From NCBI GenBank assembly GCA_000934665.2, contig KZ537989.1, forward strand, positions 1 through 64,000: a stretch of 64,000 nucleotides of DNA, written 5' to 3'. The notes under the pieces were generated by a model. The model did no database searches, was not told the DNA's origin, and saw only the letters and a list, made by a program, of their open reading frames with translations. Source of the stretch: Catajapyx aquilonaris. Lineage: Eukaryota. The translations under genes were made by a program, and so were the position numbers. Positions 12,235 to 25,100 of this stretch are shown piece by piece. Within the stretch, counting starts at the first letter, position 1. Each line of letters begins with the position of its first letter.

Positions 12235-12392
12235 GTAGAGATTGATCATCTCAACAATCCATCATTCAAGTGGAGTGTGAACTGGATGACCTTTTTAACT
12301 CAACTGGTTGAAGATCACCAGGAGTTGGCTTTAGTAGATGAAGGTGCAAGAGAGGTTCTCGATGAATGGAAGAAGGAGGTTAATGAGCTCAG
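12235..12392 (+). CDS. NT5DC3: NT5DC2/3-like coding exon (VEIDHLNNPSFKWSVNWMTFL...DEWKKEVNELR)
   Basis: Acceptor gacag at 12234, donor gtcagt at 12393 (phase 2); the frame continues into the terminal exon. Confidence 0.88.
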
Positions 12393-12485
12393 GTCAGTGG
12401 CAAAAAAATTCACCTGTACATTTCAGTAGGTTAAGCTGCCTTGATTAATGAATGCCTTATGACATAATAATGTTTATCCATCCAG

Positions 12486-12690
12486 AAATATTACAAAGGG
12501 CATCTTCAACGAGCAGTTTGGAAGTGTTTTCCGCACACATCACAACCCAACGCTTTTCTCAAGGCGCCTCTTTCGATTTGCTGATATATACACTTCTAAC
12601 ATTAACAATCTGCTGAATTACTCCTTGCATCATGTATTTTATCCCAGAAGAGGAGCTTTACCACATGAGTACAGGTCCTACTTTGTGTGA
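12486..12690 (+). CDS. NT5DC3: NT5DC2/3-like terminal coding exon ([35 protein letters not shown]...[14 protein letters not shown])
   Basis: Acceptor tccag at 12485; TGA at 12688-12690; conserved family C-terminus. Confidence 0.93.
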
Positions 12691-12846
12691 TCAGTGTTAA
12701 TGTCAGTATGGATTTACTTCACTTAGCCATTTGCAAGATAATTTAGCCATTCATTTGAATTTCTGGGCTTTATTTGAGTATTAGTTAATCTGTAGGGAAA
12801 GAAGGGAAAAGTGACTTTCCCAAGTAAAATATTGTGTATTATCAGG

Positions 12847-12852
12847 AATAAA
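12847..12852 (+). terminator. Proximal poly(A) signal candidate (AATAAA) for the NT5DC gene
   Basis: AATAAA ~155 nt after the stop codon. Confidence 0.4.
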
Positions 12853-13074
12853 AAATAATACATATATACGTATAGTAAGGACATCCTAGCTGATGGTAGA
12901 CATACAGTTCAGCCTCGATTGAAGCTGTCACATTGTGAGGCATGGTGTGTTTGGTTCAGAGTATTGGTTTTAAAGACCTGTTCCAGGGAAAACAACTGAA
13001 GAACTTGGTGAAGGCAGTAATGGTATCTCTTGTTAATTGAAACAAATTCTGTTCCATTGCAGAAGGGATAATTA

Positions 13075-13473
13075 AGGGCTGTCCATGAACTACGTCATTG
13101 TTCGGCTTTTTTAATCCCACTCCCACTCCCATGTTATTCAGTCACATTGAGCGAGTCTGTTCTCTCCAAGAAATGATTTTTGCTGCTGTGGACACCTCTC
13201 CACATCAACTTTTGTGTCACACATGTTGAGTTTTTCGGAATTTTTGAGTGGGATAGAGAAAATGTGTCTCTCCCAAGTAGCACCTGGCAGTTATTTTTAA
13301 CTGTTCAATACTAAATGTTTACTCTACGCACTACAAGTATGACAGATTAATTGACATTGAGTGGGACATCATCCTCTGCCGAAGCCTGTTTCCCCCACTC
13401 CATGTCATTGTCCATGATCATTGTGAACCCCTTCTGTCCCCTCCCAGCATGATGTACTTTATGGACAAGCCCT
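13075..13473. mobile_element. MITE, PIF/Harbinger-like TIR
   Basis: TIRs AGGGCTGTCCATGAACTACGTCAT / ATGATGTACTTTATGGACAAGCCCT; flanks can be read as TA or TWA. Confidence 0.7.
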
Positions 13474-15491
13474 TATAACTAAATAGAGTATGGCACTTGA
13501 GTATGAACCTGAGTAAGAATATAGGTAACTGGCTCCTGGAGTAGTTACTATGATACTGTAGGGAAAATGTTATAAGTAATTAGCAGATATCCAGACTAGA
13601 GCTCTAACATACAAACAACAGCTTTGGTAGCCTATACCTTTATCAGTTCACATGATCGAGTTGGTATATATGCCTTGCTTATAAATTCAGATCTCCTGCT
13701 ATATCTCATTTCTAATGAGACCTTCAGTTGCACAATTTGTCACTTGGGAACTAGCAGTTTTTTTCTCGATATATGTGTGAAGTAGCAACTTGTTGCGAGA
13801 TAAATATAGTCATGAGTTCTTTATACAGTAGAAAAGAACATGTTTATAACTGACCCAGTGTTAATGAGAAACTTGCCCATTAGGAAATTTATCCTTAGTC
13901 TCAAACACTTACCAGCTGTTAATTTTCTCTCTCTTTTTTAGTTTATTTCTGATCAAACGGGCCATGTTGCCCAATGGAAATTACTATTTTGTCATTGATT
14001 CATCCTAGTTTAGAAACAAAATTCTATGATGCGTTTGTTAGCTGTCATCTAGAGATGTGCTCTCTGATCATCAATAGGTCTTCCAGTGATCTAGTATTAC
14101 CATTAGCTTAAGTCTAAATATTATAATCTAGAAGAGAAGAAAGAGGGGGTAGGTGGTAAAGCAACAGTAATAATGGTTACACAGCACAATGCAATGTGAA
14201 ATTAATTATGTGTTCACCAATTGTAATGTACAACAGTGAAGGAATTCCTGTTTGCATTTGTTACTGAATTTTTGTAAACGTTTCTGTAGTAGTCAACAAG
14301 CTTCAATAGGCCAGTTCCCAAGTGACTTGCGGTACATTACAAACATAACTTGGATTAGGGGGAAAAGGTGCTTACATTCTGTGGAGCAAACCTTGACAGG
14401 GTGTCTTGTAAAAGTACAAACAAACTTCTAAGATGAACTCTTGTGGACCAGAGTCTTACTCAGGAGGCATCATTTTGTTTCTACAGCCTCATTACCTAGA
14501 TAATGGTCTACAAATACAATGCATCAAATATCCTGGCAGGTATGCATCCCTCCAAGCAACCTCGCCTTTTTAATTAAAATGTTAGTGTTATCATGCAATT
14601 TAAATATAAATTCTAATCTCATTAGGTGTAGCTGGTAGTGGCCAAGTTGGAGACAAAATGACACTTGACATAAAGTGACCCTTGGTTCCCAGGAGTTTGT
14701 AGGTGTTATTACAAAATACCCTGCAGAAATGGATTCAGAACTGAATTGAAAGCAGACTACTGTGTTCAGAATTTGGTTGTGTCCTTTGATGATAAATTTC
14801 CGCACAAGGCATGTGATCTGTATTGTACAATACTCACAGAAGATAACTTTGGCACAATATTAGAACCTTCTAGTGTATAACTAAGGAGGAATTTTGATAC
14901 AGTGTCAATTTCTGAAGCATTTTTATTGGTGCATTTGTTCAGTATCCCAATCAATACTTGAATGAGGTTCTCAAGAGTAATTACAAGCAGTGTATTAAGT
15001 AATTGATTTTTTAATAGTGAGTTGAGTAAGAAGAGTACAAATTCAAATTTAATATTATTTTACATGACTACGTCTTCTTCGGAGGACAAATCAGAGAGAG
15101 GTGATTCTATTAGTGCCATTTGCATGACATGTCAGAATAAGTATAGCAAAATATCAGAGAAGAAAGATATCATTGTAGATGCCCCAGTTAGTAGGATCAC
15201 AAAAGTGTGTGATGAAAATGATCAGTGTGACTTAGTGATGCATTCATTGTTTCTAGGTTAGTGACAGACATGATCTGGTGTAAGTGCAGCTGTTTGTGCA
15301 CTTGAAATTACCGGTGGGTACCGTACATGACATCTGTAGATAATTATTTATTGTGAAGTTGTAGTTATTTATTTTTCTGATAGTATGTTGGAACAGGTGC
15401 AATTTTTATTTTTGTACTGTGTTATAAGAAGGGCTGCATTGCCATGTTGCAGAGCCTTTCATGTCATGCCATGACACTCAGTGAGATCCAC

Positions 15492-15540
15492 AATAAAGGT
15501 GAAGTAGGTTGTTGCCAGTGAGCTCTTGTGTGTTTTTGTC
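15492..15540 (+). terminator. Distal poly(A) signal candidate (AATAAA + downstream GU/U-rich element)
   Basis: AATAAA at 15492-15497, upstream tttttgtac (UGUA), and downstream ttgtgtgtttttgtc at ~15526-15540. Confidence 0.45.
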
Positions 15541-15674
15541 ATCCAAATCATGTTGACTTAAACTGCAGTTTAGCACAACAAATTTCTCTGCTGTACTTGT
15601 AGTACATAATTATGGCAGCATATTAAATGCAGCATGAATGATGACATACGAGACGGCTAGGTGTACTGTACACA

Positions 15675-17028
15675 CAAAGGTGGGCATTAGCGCCTTTAAT
15701 CAGCTAACAGCTAATAGCTGAACTAACTTTTCGCTAGCTGATTAGCTGCTTCCTCTAACTTTTCAGGTCGCTAGCTGACTAATTAGCTCTCACTAAATTA
15801 GTGCCGCACTGCAGCTAAATACAATCAGCTAACAAAATTAATTCGTGTTCCTGTGTCGCTGTATGTTACTTTTTAAAGTTGCATTGTTTCCACTCCAGGC
15901 AGGGATTAATATAGACCAGTTTATGAGTGGCCAGGGTGGGGGACTTCAAGGCCCTAGGGTGGAATCTGGGAAGACCAAAAGGGTAAGGTGAAGGTCAGAG
16001 GATCCGGGTCATAGGGTGGTATGCAGGCCACTTTCCCGCCCACTGGTGACGCACGAAAATTGAACGTCTTTCTTTCAATATCCAAAAATGTGGTGAACCA
16101 GCTAAGTGAGTCAACCAATAGCAATAGTCGATCCAGTCAGGGAAGATATGAAGAAGTGTAGCATGGGGCGGGGGGGGGGGGGGGGGGGTTTTTTCCNGAG
16201 AGCCATTAGTCCCCGCTTTTGGACATATTGAGGGCCAAGAGAGCCAGCCTCTCTGATGAAAATTTTGAGAGGCTGATTTTTTTGAAGGCTAATCAACATC
16301 ATCTTAATACAAACTAACCAACGGGAACTCTGAGTGGAACTCTGTGTAGTGTTTGTTGGTTGTAAATACGCTCGCAACGTACTGCGATAGTGAGTAGTGT
16401 ACAAATCTGTCATATACAAATCTGTTGTCTTTTTGTCTGTTTTTATTTATTTTTCTTTACGCACATTTTCAGCTATTTTACCTGCTTGTATGCCCACCTA
16501 CTATGTGTTGGCAGCCGTTTGGTACTATCACTGCGGTGTGCAGAATTATTGTGTAAAACTCCCTTTTTTGCCGCCGCCGATATACATTGTACTCATATTA
16601 CAGGGCTAGGTGCCGGATTGTAAATTCTGTTCCTGTCTACCTGGCCAAAACTTATTTTCCGATCACTTTGGTGCGCGGATTACATTATAGCTACCAGTTT
16701 TTTAATATAAATTTTGCATTGCCTGTCTTTGGAGCTTTCTTCTGAGACAAATAAACTTTCTTCCTATTTGGATTTGTGTATTACTTTTTGTATGGAACAG
16801 TAAATAACTAAATAAGGCGTGTGTGTAGCAATGCTCTCTAGGCTTTATCAGCTCAGGTCTGGTTTTTAAGGGTCATGGAGCAAAAAAAGAGACGAAGTTA
16901 GCTGTTAGCATTAGCTCTAACTAATTTTCTAGCCATTTAGCATTAGCTATTTAGCAAATCCAGTTTTTTATAGTTAGCTGATCAGCTGTTAGAGAAGCTG
17001 ATTTTTCGGTTAGCTGTGCCCACCTTTG
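15675..17028. mobile_element. hAT-superfamily non-autonomous element
   Basis: Perfect 12-bp TIR CAAAGGTGGGCA / TGCCCACCTTTG; perfect 8-bp TSD TGTACACA at 15667-15674 and 17029-17036; dense TAGCT/TTAGC subterminal repeats at both ends; no transposase ORF. Confidence 0.88.
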
Positions 17029-17386
17029 TGTACACACCAGTTCTCTGGCTACCCCATTTTTGGGACAATGCCATGATGTAATGAATGAATGAATGAGAGG
17101 ATGAACAATGCCAGTTTTGTGACCATGAGTTGGTATTAGAGTGCTGATGTACAGTACAATGCGCAATTTTCACATCTGCCTATAGCACTTCCCTGGTATG
17201 TATTAACACAAATGGGTGATTCCATTGAGTGATTCAAGCATGTTTTGGAAAAACCTAATACCTCTGTTTCTACTAGTGAAGCATGAACCTTTTATAATTA
17301 TTATATGTTATAGTTTATTTATTTTTTATTTGTTTTATTTGTGTTATTTACGTTACCCCATTTTAGGGCTGCCACCCCCCCCCCCC

Positions 17387-17598
17387 NNNNNNNNNNNNNN
17401 NNNNNNNNNNNNNNNNNNNNNNNNNNNNNNNNNNNNNNNNNNNNNNNNNNNNNNNNNNNNNNNNNNNNNNNNNNNNNNNNNNNNNNNNNNNNNNNNNNNN
17501 NNNNNNNNNNNNNNNNNNNNNNNNNNNNNNNNNNNNNNNNNNNNNNNNNNNNNNNNNNNNNNNNNNNNNNNNNNNNNNNNNNNNNNNNNNNNNNNNNN
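17387..17598. other. Assembly gap (N run) inside a poly-C tract
   Basis: 212 N flanked by C homopolymers. Confidence 0.99.
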
Positions 17599-18040
17599 CC
17601 CCCCCCCCAACAAACAAACAAAAAACACACAAACAAACAAACAAACAAAAACCCGCTCGTTTTCAAAGCACACACAGCGTTTTGGACTTAACGAAAATGC
17701 CGAAATGGGAATTTTGTGCTGGGATTGGTTCAGAAAATGCCCATGTTGTGGCCGCTTCTGGTTTTAAACTCTGCGACGTATAGCTACATGCTAGTAATAA
17801 CTTTATTGTTGTTTGGAAAATTGTTGAAAGGAAGGGCAGAAACGTTTGTTTTTTTTCACTCCTGGATGGCCCCTGGGCGGAGAGATATGAGGGTTATGGG
17901 GTGATAGATGGAGACCTTTGGGTTGGTGTTTCTGTGGGGCTTTTGGATGACCACACCAGTAATGTGGTATGGTACTTTGTTCTGGCCCTGCCTGGCACGG
18001 TCCGTCACAATTCCTGATGATTTTAGTCAGTTTCGAGGAT

Positions 18041-18249
18041 AGCAAGCTGAGTGCTAATTGTGGGTTGTTTTCCGACCAACAATGCTGCCCGTCTTGTGCA
18101 GGTCAACAAAGTTATTGTGGCTTTGCTAAGTGCCAATCGCTGGTTCCTGATTAATTGGCAAAATCACATTACGTTTGTTGGCCTGCAGTGGCACAAGATG
18201 GACAGCATTGTTGATTGGATAACAATCCACAGTAAGCCCTCATCTCGCT
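18041..18249. repeat. Imperfect palindrome (~85-bp arms, ~30-nt loop), probable decayed MITE
   Basis: tgtgggttgttttccgaccaacaatgctgcccgtcttgtgc pairs with gcacaagatggacagcattgttgattggataacaatccaca. Confidence 0.7.
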
Positions 18250-19046
18250 AAGCTCCCAACTATAACTTATATCACCAGGCAATGCATTGTACAGTGTTGG
18301 ACATAAATCGAGGTATACTGTAGCGAACTTTTCCAAAGTGGCAAAAGAAGGAATCAAAGATAAGGATACTGCGAGTTGGGCGAGCAAGATTCCTTCTTCT
18401 GCCGCCTCCGAAAATGTCGTTGGCAGTATGCCGTGATTTATGTCCATCACTGTACCTTGCCTGGCAGCTATGCCACCAACACAAAGATGAGGTCAAATCT
18501 GAAATGCCTATGACCTTTACCATTGGTAGTTACCCCTAGCAGACCTACTTTTCACATTTTTCTAGGGTGCTTCATATTCATTTGCGTCAAGAAGGGAAGA
18601 AACATACACATATCCATCCATCCGCAGAGTCTAGCCCAGTCGGCTATTATCTAACTGCATAAATCCTTATTCAGAACTGCACATTTGGCTTTTAGAACTG
18701 CATGAATTGTGTAGAACTGCATGCTGTAGTGTTGTGAAGGTATCTTGCCAAAAAGAAACTATACATGAGGCACTCGGCTTTTTTGACTTATGCAGAACCT
18801 ACTTTAGTTTTACTTGAAAATTTCGAAATTTTTTTGACACACACACACTGGTAGCCAGAAGTTTTTAGTCTACAAAGTCGACTCATAAAATGCAGAGGGT
18901 TGAGCAACCTTTTTGACTCACTTGGCATGGAAGGCCTAATAATATACAGTATAATGATATGGATACCCTGTGATAGGCCTCCTTGGCCCTTTTAGGGAAT
19001 CATCTTTTATTTGACCTTCTTTAATCATCGCCTGCACTGTGATGGA

Positions 19047-19126
19047 TTTTGACTGTGGGAGGAAACATGAGAACTGCGAGAAAACCCATGCAAACACAGA
19101 GAGAACCCGACGAAGCTCTATCCACA
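19047..19126 (-). mobile_element. SINE fragment with V-domain-like core
   Basis: Minus strand gttctctctgtgtttgcatgggttttctcgcagttctcatgtttcctcccacagtcaaaa resembles the V-SINE central domain as I recall it (..ttctccccgtg..tgcgtgggtttcctccgggtgctccggtttcctcccacagtccaaa). Confidence 0.65.
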
Positions 19127-22100
19127 TAAGTATCCTCTGACTAAAATGTTAATTACTTGAATCCAAACTGTAGGACTCGCATTGCCCCCTTTGTAGTACA
19201 TTTACAGCATAAAGGCCCATTTACAAAGAAGTGATGTCACCAAATGAGCTACATTGCCACGAGCGGCATGATGACATATCTGCACTTCTTATATTAAAAC
19301 ACGTTTGATTTTTGTCACTAGAGAGGCTGCTGTCTCTCCTAACCAACAATGTCACTTCTCCGTAAAGCAGCTTTTGTAGGTAAGCAAACCAATCAGCATC
19401 GCTGGCTGTTTGAGCTGGTTAGGGAGCATTGGACCTTGGAAGGTTAGAGTAGTCTGTATTGACTGACAGTTCTTTATGACTAAGACTAATACTCTGCCTG
19501 CCTGTAGACCACTTATGAGTTGCATTATAATGAAGTGTTGTTACTTTGGGAAGAGCACTATTAGCATGAAAAGTAGATAATCAATTTTCTTATTCTCTTG
19601 TGGAAGACCGGAACGTTGTGCACTAGGCTGTTTTTTTTCTGTGCGGTATTGATGACACATACATAAGAATATGCAAATTGGGGACATAATTATATACATA
19701 TTACAGTGATGGAGTAATAAAACAAACTCCCAAGTTGCAGAGCTTACCTGCAATAAATTAACTTGGCTCATTCATTGTTGTGACAAGAAATATGAGCTGA
19801 AAGATAAGGTGATGGATCTTGATTTTTTTCGTATTTATCAATGTCGCACTAATAATAAGCCTATTATTCAAAAAATAATAGTTACCATAACTTACTTTTT
19901 TACACTGATTTGTGAGGTGTAAGAGTTACTGAATGAATCGGAATGACTGGAGTGGATTACGATAATGTATGTGCTGAGCTACAGTTTTCTAAATAATTAC
20001 AAGTGAAAGTAAACAACAGTATATGCCAGTTTCCATCTTCTGTCAACAAAATTATATGTAGGATTTTAAAAATATATGATTACACTCTAAGGATATAGCC
20101 CAGAAAAGATAAACAGTTTTTGTTAATAAATGTTTACCATATGATAAGTAGGTTATTGGTTGTTTTTCTCTTCTTTTTTGCCCTGCACGCGAGTGATGTG
20201 AATATGGACTGCTGCATGTAAATTTTAGCCTGTAAAATAGTCAGTCCCATTTTCTGCATAGTTGTTTTTCAGTGGTTGTAGAGTGCACGTAAACAGTCTG
20301 CACGGAGACGAATTCAGTGGACCGTAATCAATGGGGCAGTAACCGCTAGGAAGATGATGACACAAATCGCTGTAAACATCTCCACATTGATAACAATTAA
20401 ATGACCAGGTACGCCCTTACATCTCAATCACCTTTACATAATTCCATTCGCTTTAAAATTATGTAAGTTCAATTTATCATTTTGTACGACACACATTGCA
20501 TGGATTCCCCTATGGTTTATTAATATCAGAATCCATCCATCTATGGCTACAGTTTCGTCATCTTGGCATCCGAAATGAAAACATCCTGGTGAGCGTTGCA
20601 CGTCCTGAAAGTGTGACGCCCAGTCCTCTGACCAACACACTGTGATGTCTGGGACGTCTGGGGTTCGAGGGTTTTATCGCCTTCCGCTACAAATAATCGT
20701 AATAGTCGGCATTTTTTTGCTCCTTCTCCTAGCTTGTTTCACATACTATTGGCCTTTGCGCCTCTCGGTTCAAATATTCACCTTCTAACCAGTACGATCC
20801 AGATAATCCGGTGTGTGGTGTATATTTGATGTGTAGTATCTCTCCCAGTTTCAAAGATCAAACTCCACCAGGACTATCGTAATCAAGTAATTCAATACAC
20901 ACGAGTGGCACAGATAGGGTGAAACCCTGCATTGCAGCATGTGTAACCAGATTTTATAGACCAAGTTGGGCTGCCTATAATATGACACTTGAACCCATAT
21001 TGAATGGCACATGTTTTCACCAACCGGATCTTGCGTCATCTTGTCTGTATGGCAGGTTCCACCCAATGCAATGTCCACAATCTATTCAATCTATAAAAAA
21101 AGGCATTTTTTTTTTAAATAGATTGAACCTATAGGTGTACTGTATGCAAATTGGCAGCAGGTGATTCTAGGAAATATTGCTTACTTATTTATAGACCAAA
21201 AGTTGGTGCTTGTATTGATCCAGCCCAATCAAAAGTATTCAAGGAATAATACCAGCCTAAAGTATTTAAAGTATTAATTATATTTACAGACCAAAAGTCA
21301 CGTCGCGTCGTAGCTTGTATTAATCCGGCCCAATATTAGCATCTAGTTAGTGTGCATCATATACTCATAGTCATATATGACTCATTATTGAATGCATAAT
21401 TAGGTAGGTCAGTATTCAACTCGGTGAAGGTCAATTTCCAGGTACGATTGTCCTAGGAAGTAACTAGAATCAGTTATACCACTTGAACTAGGTGCTTGAA
21501 ATAATGTGTCATTCCAAGAATATTGGCGTGACTCCAGCGGCGGATATTGCGGATTGAAATGTCATGATTGCACTAGCTCTTCCCTTTCCCAAGGAGACCT
21601 ACAGCAAGTACTATAGTGACGTGACTTAGGTGCACGTCGTTCATTCTGAACGGTATGCACTGCTTCAACGAGTACAGATAAGGTCAAGGGTTTTGTCCTT
21701 TCCGATCGACCTCGCATATGTCAGTCATGCTTCACATGGGAACGCGAATCTCTTGGGATTTGCGACAATCTTGGAAATGTTGCACACTTCTCATCACCCT
21801 GTGTTGTAATCCGCTGATGATTAATTAATCCGAGACAGAAAGTCTGCTGCCTTTACACAATTTGATTATGGATGTTGCCATGCCGTTTCTTGTTGAAATA
21901 TGCCGGGGAATACCGACTGGCACGTTGCACCTGTACTATTAATGAATAACTTTTTGTGGAGAATCACGTAGGTGTTTTAAAAAATCGGAACTTTTTTGAA
22001 ATATGACCTTGCTTGGGTATGGAGCAATTGGCATTGATTGCTCTTTTCAGATGCTGTGGAGAAATAGGAGGGTTTCGAGTAATTCCCCTCCCGATATTAG

Positions 22101-25100
22101 GCCAACCGATTTTTTTTCAAGGTGTGGCAATACTGGAATAATTCTTGCAGGCTTCAAATGTCAAAACCTTAAATCTTAATCGTTTAAATTGCATAAGGAA
22201 TAAGTAATTTGATTATTTCCCCTAAGATTGATTCATTTCTGACGCCAGTAGCAGTTCACACTGGTGAAAAAAATGAAGGCAAAATGCTAACTCATATGCA
22301 TATATGACTTTTCTTCAAATGCTGCTTTGCTACATGAAATGATCAAATATTGACCCTCCAATATTACGAACGAGTGGCTGTAGAGTCCCAAGATGTGATG
22401 CATCATGAGTGGATCCAACAACTTTACTAAAATTCCAGTAAGACTTCTGCTCCAATGCGAATGCCATAATGTCATATTAAATTAATAACCTTTACATATG
22501 CCACAGACAATTATTTGTGCCCAATATATTCTGTGTTGTCTCTTTATAAGCAGTATATGAACACAGGCAACCGTACAAAGCTTTTAGGATCGAACCTGGC
22601 AATCCCAGACACCAGCCTGCATCTGTGCTTGCGTCAGTAGTTATACTACAGCTGTCACAGACCGGAATGTTGTAGCCTTTGTTTCATTATGGCAAGTTAG
22701 ATCTTCATTGGGTGCCTGATTATACAATGTATTGGGGTTCCCATCTGTGTTCAACATTTGCGTATAGCAGGCATGGACATTCCTTGGCATGTAATCTTAT
22801 ACCGTACATGTCGAGTAACATATTTATCTAAGTAATTTTCATTCAGAAGGCAAAAGAGAAATCCATGTTTTAGGGGGTGTTGGGAACAGTTTTCCTTTCT
22901 CGGAGAAGATGCTATAAAGCAATAGGCGAATCATATACTGATTGTAAGAATAGAAAAGAGGTCACAAGATTAGTGTTGCTTGCCTATCTGTGACATTTCT
23001 GTGACCTCTGATACGATTAGCACTTGACGACCGAAGGATTAATCCACGATTACTACGAATAAAATGTGGTGCAGTAAGTTTATAGCCAGAGATGTAACTT
23101 ATTAAAACTGAGGGAGTCCGAAGGGTTTGTCTTGTTCGTTTTCATTCAGGATTAATGTTTAACGCGCATATCATTCGTTAGGTTCCTTTAGTGCATATAG
23201 CCTATTTGAATACGGTATGTCGTGTGTTTAGGTTACCATATATTTATGGGTTGCTTGATTAGTTGATTTGTCTAATTGGTTTTATTCACACTGACAAGCC
23301 GTACCATAATGAATGCCATGATGGTGATGCCGTGTATGGTTGCATAACTTTGGTTTTACTTGATTTGAAGCAATATGCGAATCCTCGATTGTGTAATTTT
23401 AATTGGTAAGTCGTGTATTGAAAAATTTGCAAGAGAACCTACGCAGAAAAGAGAAGGCAAAAAAAAAACCCTTATTCGGTAAAGAACCGCAGGTGCACGT
23501 AATTATGCTATAACGATAATTGGCAATAAACAGTTTCGACATTCCACATCAGACGTATGTTCCTGGAAAAAAACGGGGGAAAGGAATGATTGTGTTGCAA
23601 ATAGATCACCAGATATATCGATTTAAAAATGGCAATTCCAACTGGGAAATTCTCGATGATTTGTAATCATAATTTTACATATACAGGTAATTTCCGGGAT
23701 GTACCAAGTTTGATTGTTTGGTAATCTTGAAGGAAATTTTTCGTATGACGATATGCTTATTGATGTAACAAGAGAATGGCATTGACGTCACAATGGCCAA
23801 CAATAAAGATGGCAATGAAAAGATAGTCAGTGGTCGTGTCACTACCATTCTCTTGTTGCGTCAACTTTAAAATATTTTAATGCAGCGACAACCCGTCATC
23901 TATCGATATATTAGGCACGTTTCCGATAGTAATATAGTATTATTGTGCACATTAGAAAAAAGTCTCTGACACTACTCATAAACTCTGATTGTGACACATG
24001 TGGAAGATGTCCTGGGACTTCTAAATGAAAGCTGACTGCTAGGAGTCATCAGGATACAGAGTGTGGGTGTCACTGGCAATTACAGGATGGCCTGATGTAC
24101 AGTATAGGTGAAATCAAAAGTAGTGGCGGCCCCTACAATGTATTATTCATATTCACCGAGTGTTATAATCTTGTTAGTAAGTTGACTTGGAGACTGCGAT
24201 CCAAATTGTAGAGGTCATAGCAACGATTATGCGGTATAAAGAACAATTATAGTGAAGCTGGAATATTGCTATCAAGAGGTCAATAGTATTCAAAGCTTCA
24301 CGGGGAGCATTATGATGCCAAATAAATCTTGAAACCCTAGCATGTCGCTTCTGTAATGAAATACCGTATCTAAACTGGGTAAACATGACATTTTTTTTTG
24401 TTCATGTATTCCTACGACTAAACTGAATTTGAAGTTTTATTACGGTCAATTGGGCATTAAAAATATTGTAAGTTCCGCCAATTTTTAGGGATAATAAACA
24501 TACCCATACGTACTGAAGGCAATGCAGCATACGTGTAAAAGCGTTTTTCCGCAACTTGATTTGTTCATGAAAAGATCCGTTAAAAAAGTTAATTTATGTT
24601 TCGATACTTGATTTGAAATAGCAATATTTTACAATTTGCTGACGTCAGTGAAAGTGAACTGAGAACAATCATTAATATGCTCATATACGTCATTGTGACT
24701 GCATTAATTTATATACCGGTACGCTTGTAAAAGAAATTACCACAGAACATCCGATATAATTATTAACAAATACAATATTGCACAATTTTGTTACCTCAGT
24801 ATTGCAGGCATGTCTAATGATATAGCCACATTTGATATATGCGATTAGCCTTAATACTCTTTATTGCACTGATGGGCGCAGGACTATTACTCCCACCTTA
24901 CCCAATGTATGTGACCCCAGTGCGACCTTAGATATACTGCAGAGCAATTACCACTTGAGGAGCAAGCTAACAAAATCTGGATGGCGATAATAAATTTCTG
25001 TCATGTAATACCGCCATTAAAGCTCATAATTTCACTCCGAGTTTAAATGTGTTTAAACATACTGCATAAATGTCTTGCGGAAGTATAGCTGAGTCGGAAG

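Larger units (their letters stand above)
2197..12690 (+). other. NT5DC3: Gene model (5' partial): 5'-nucleotidase domain-containing protein 2/3-like (HAD-IG family); join(2197..2372,3801..4016,7557..7691,8897..9054,9134..9320,10686..10826,12235..12392,12486..12690)
   Basis: All 7 introns are GT-AG and exon phases join into one ~458-codon ORF. HAD motifs present: GFDYDYTL (motif I), VTNSP (II), AKKPKFF (III), YFGDHPFSD (IV), and the C-terminal [25 protein letters not shown] typical of NT5DC2/3. The first exon seen begins in phase 1, so the start codon lies further upstream. Confidence 0.93.

Noticed and set aside
17216..17767. Long ORFs spanning the N gap, and poly-Ile/Leu ORFs at 11032-11346 and 44154-44450
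   Set aside because: Artefacts of N runs and trinucleotide microsatellites.
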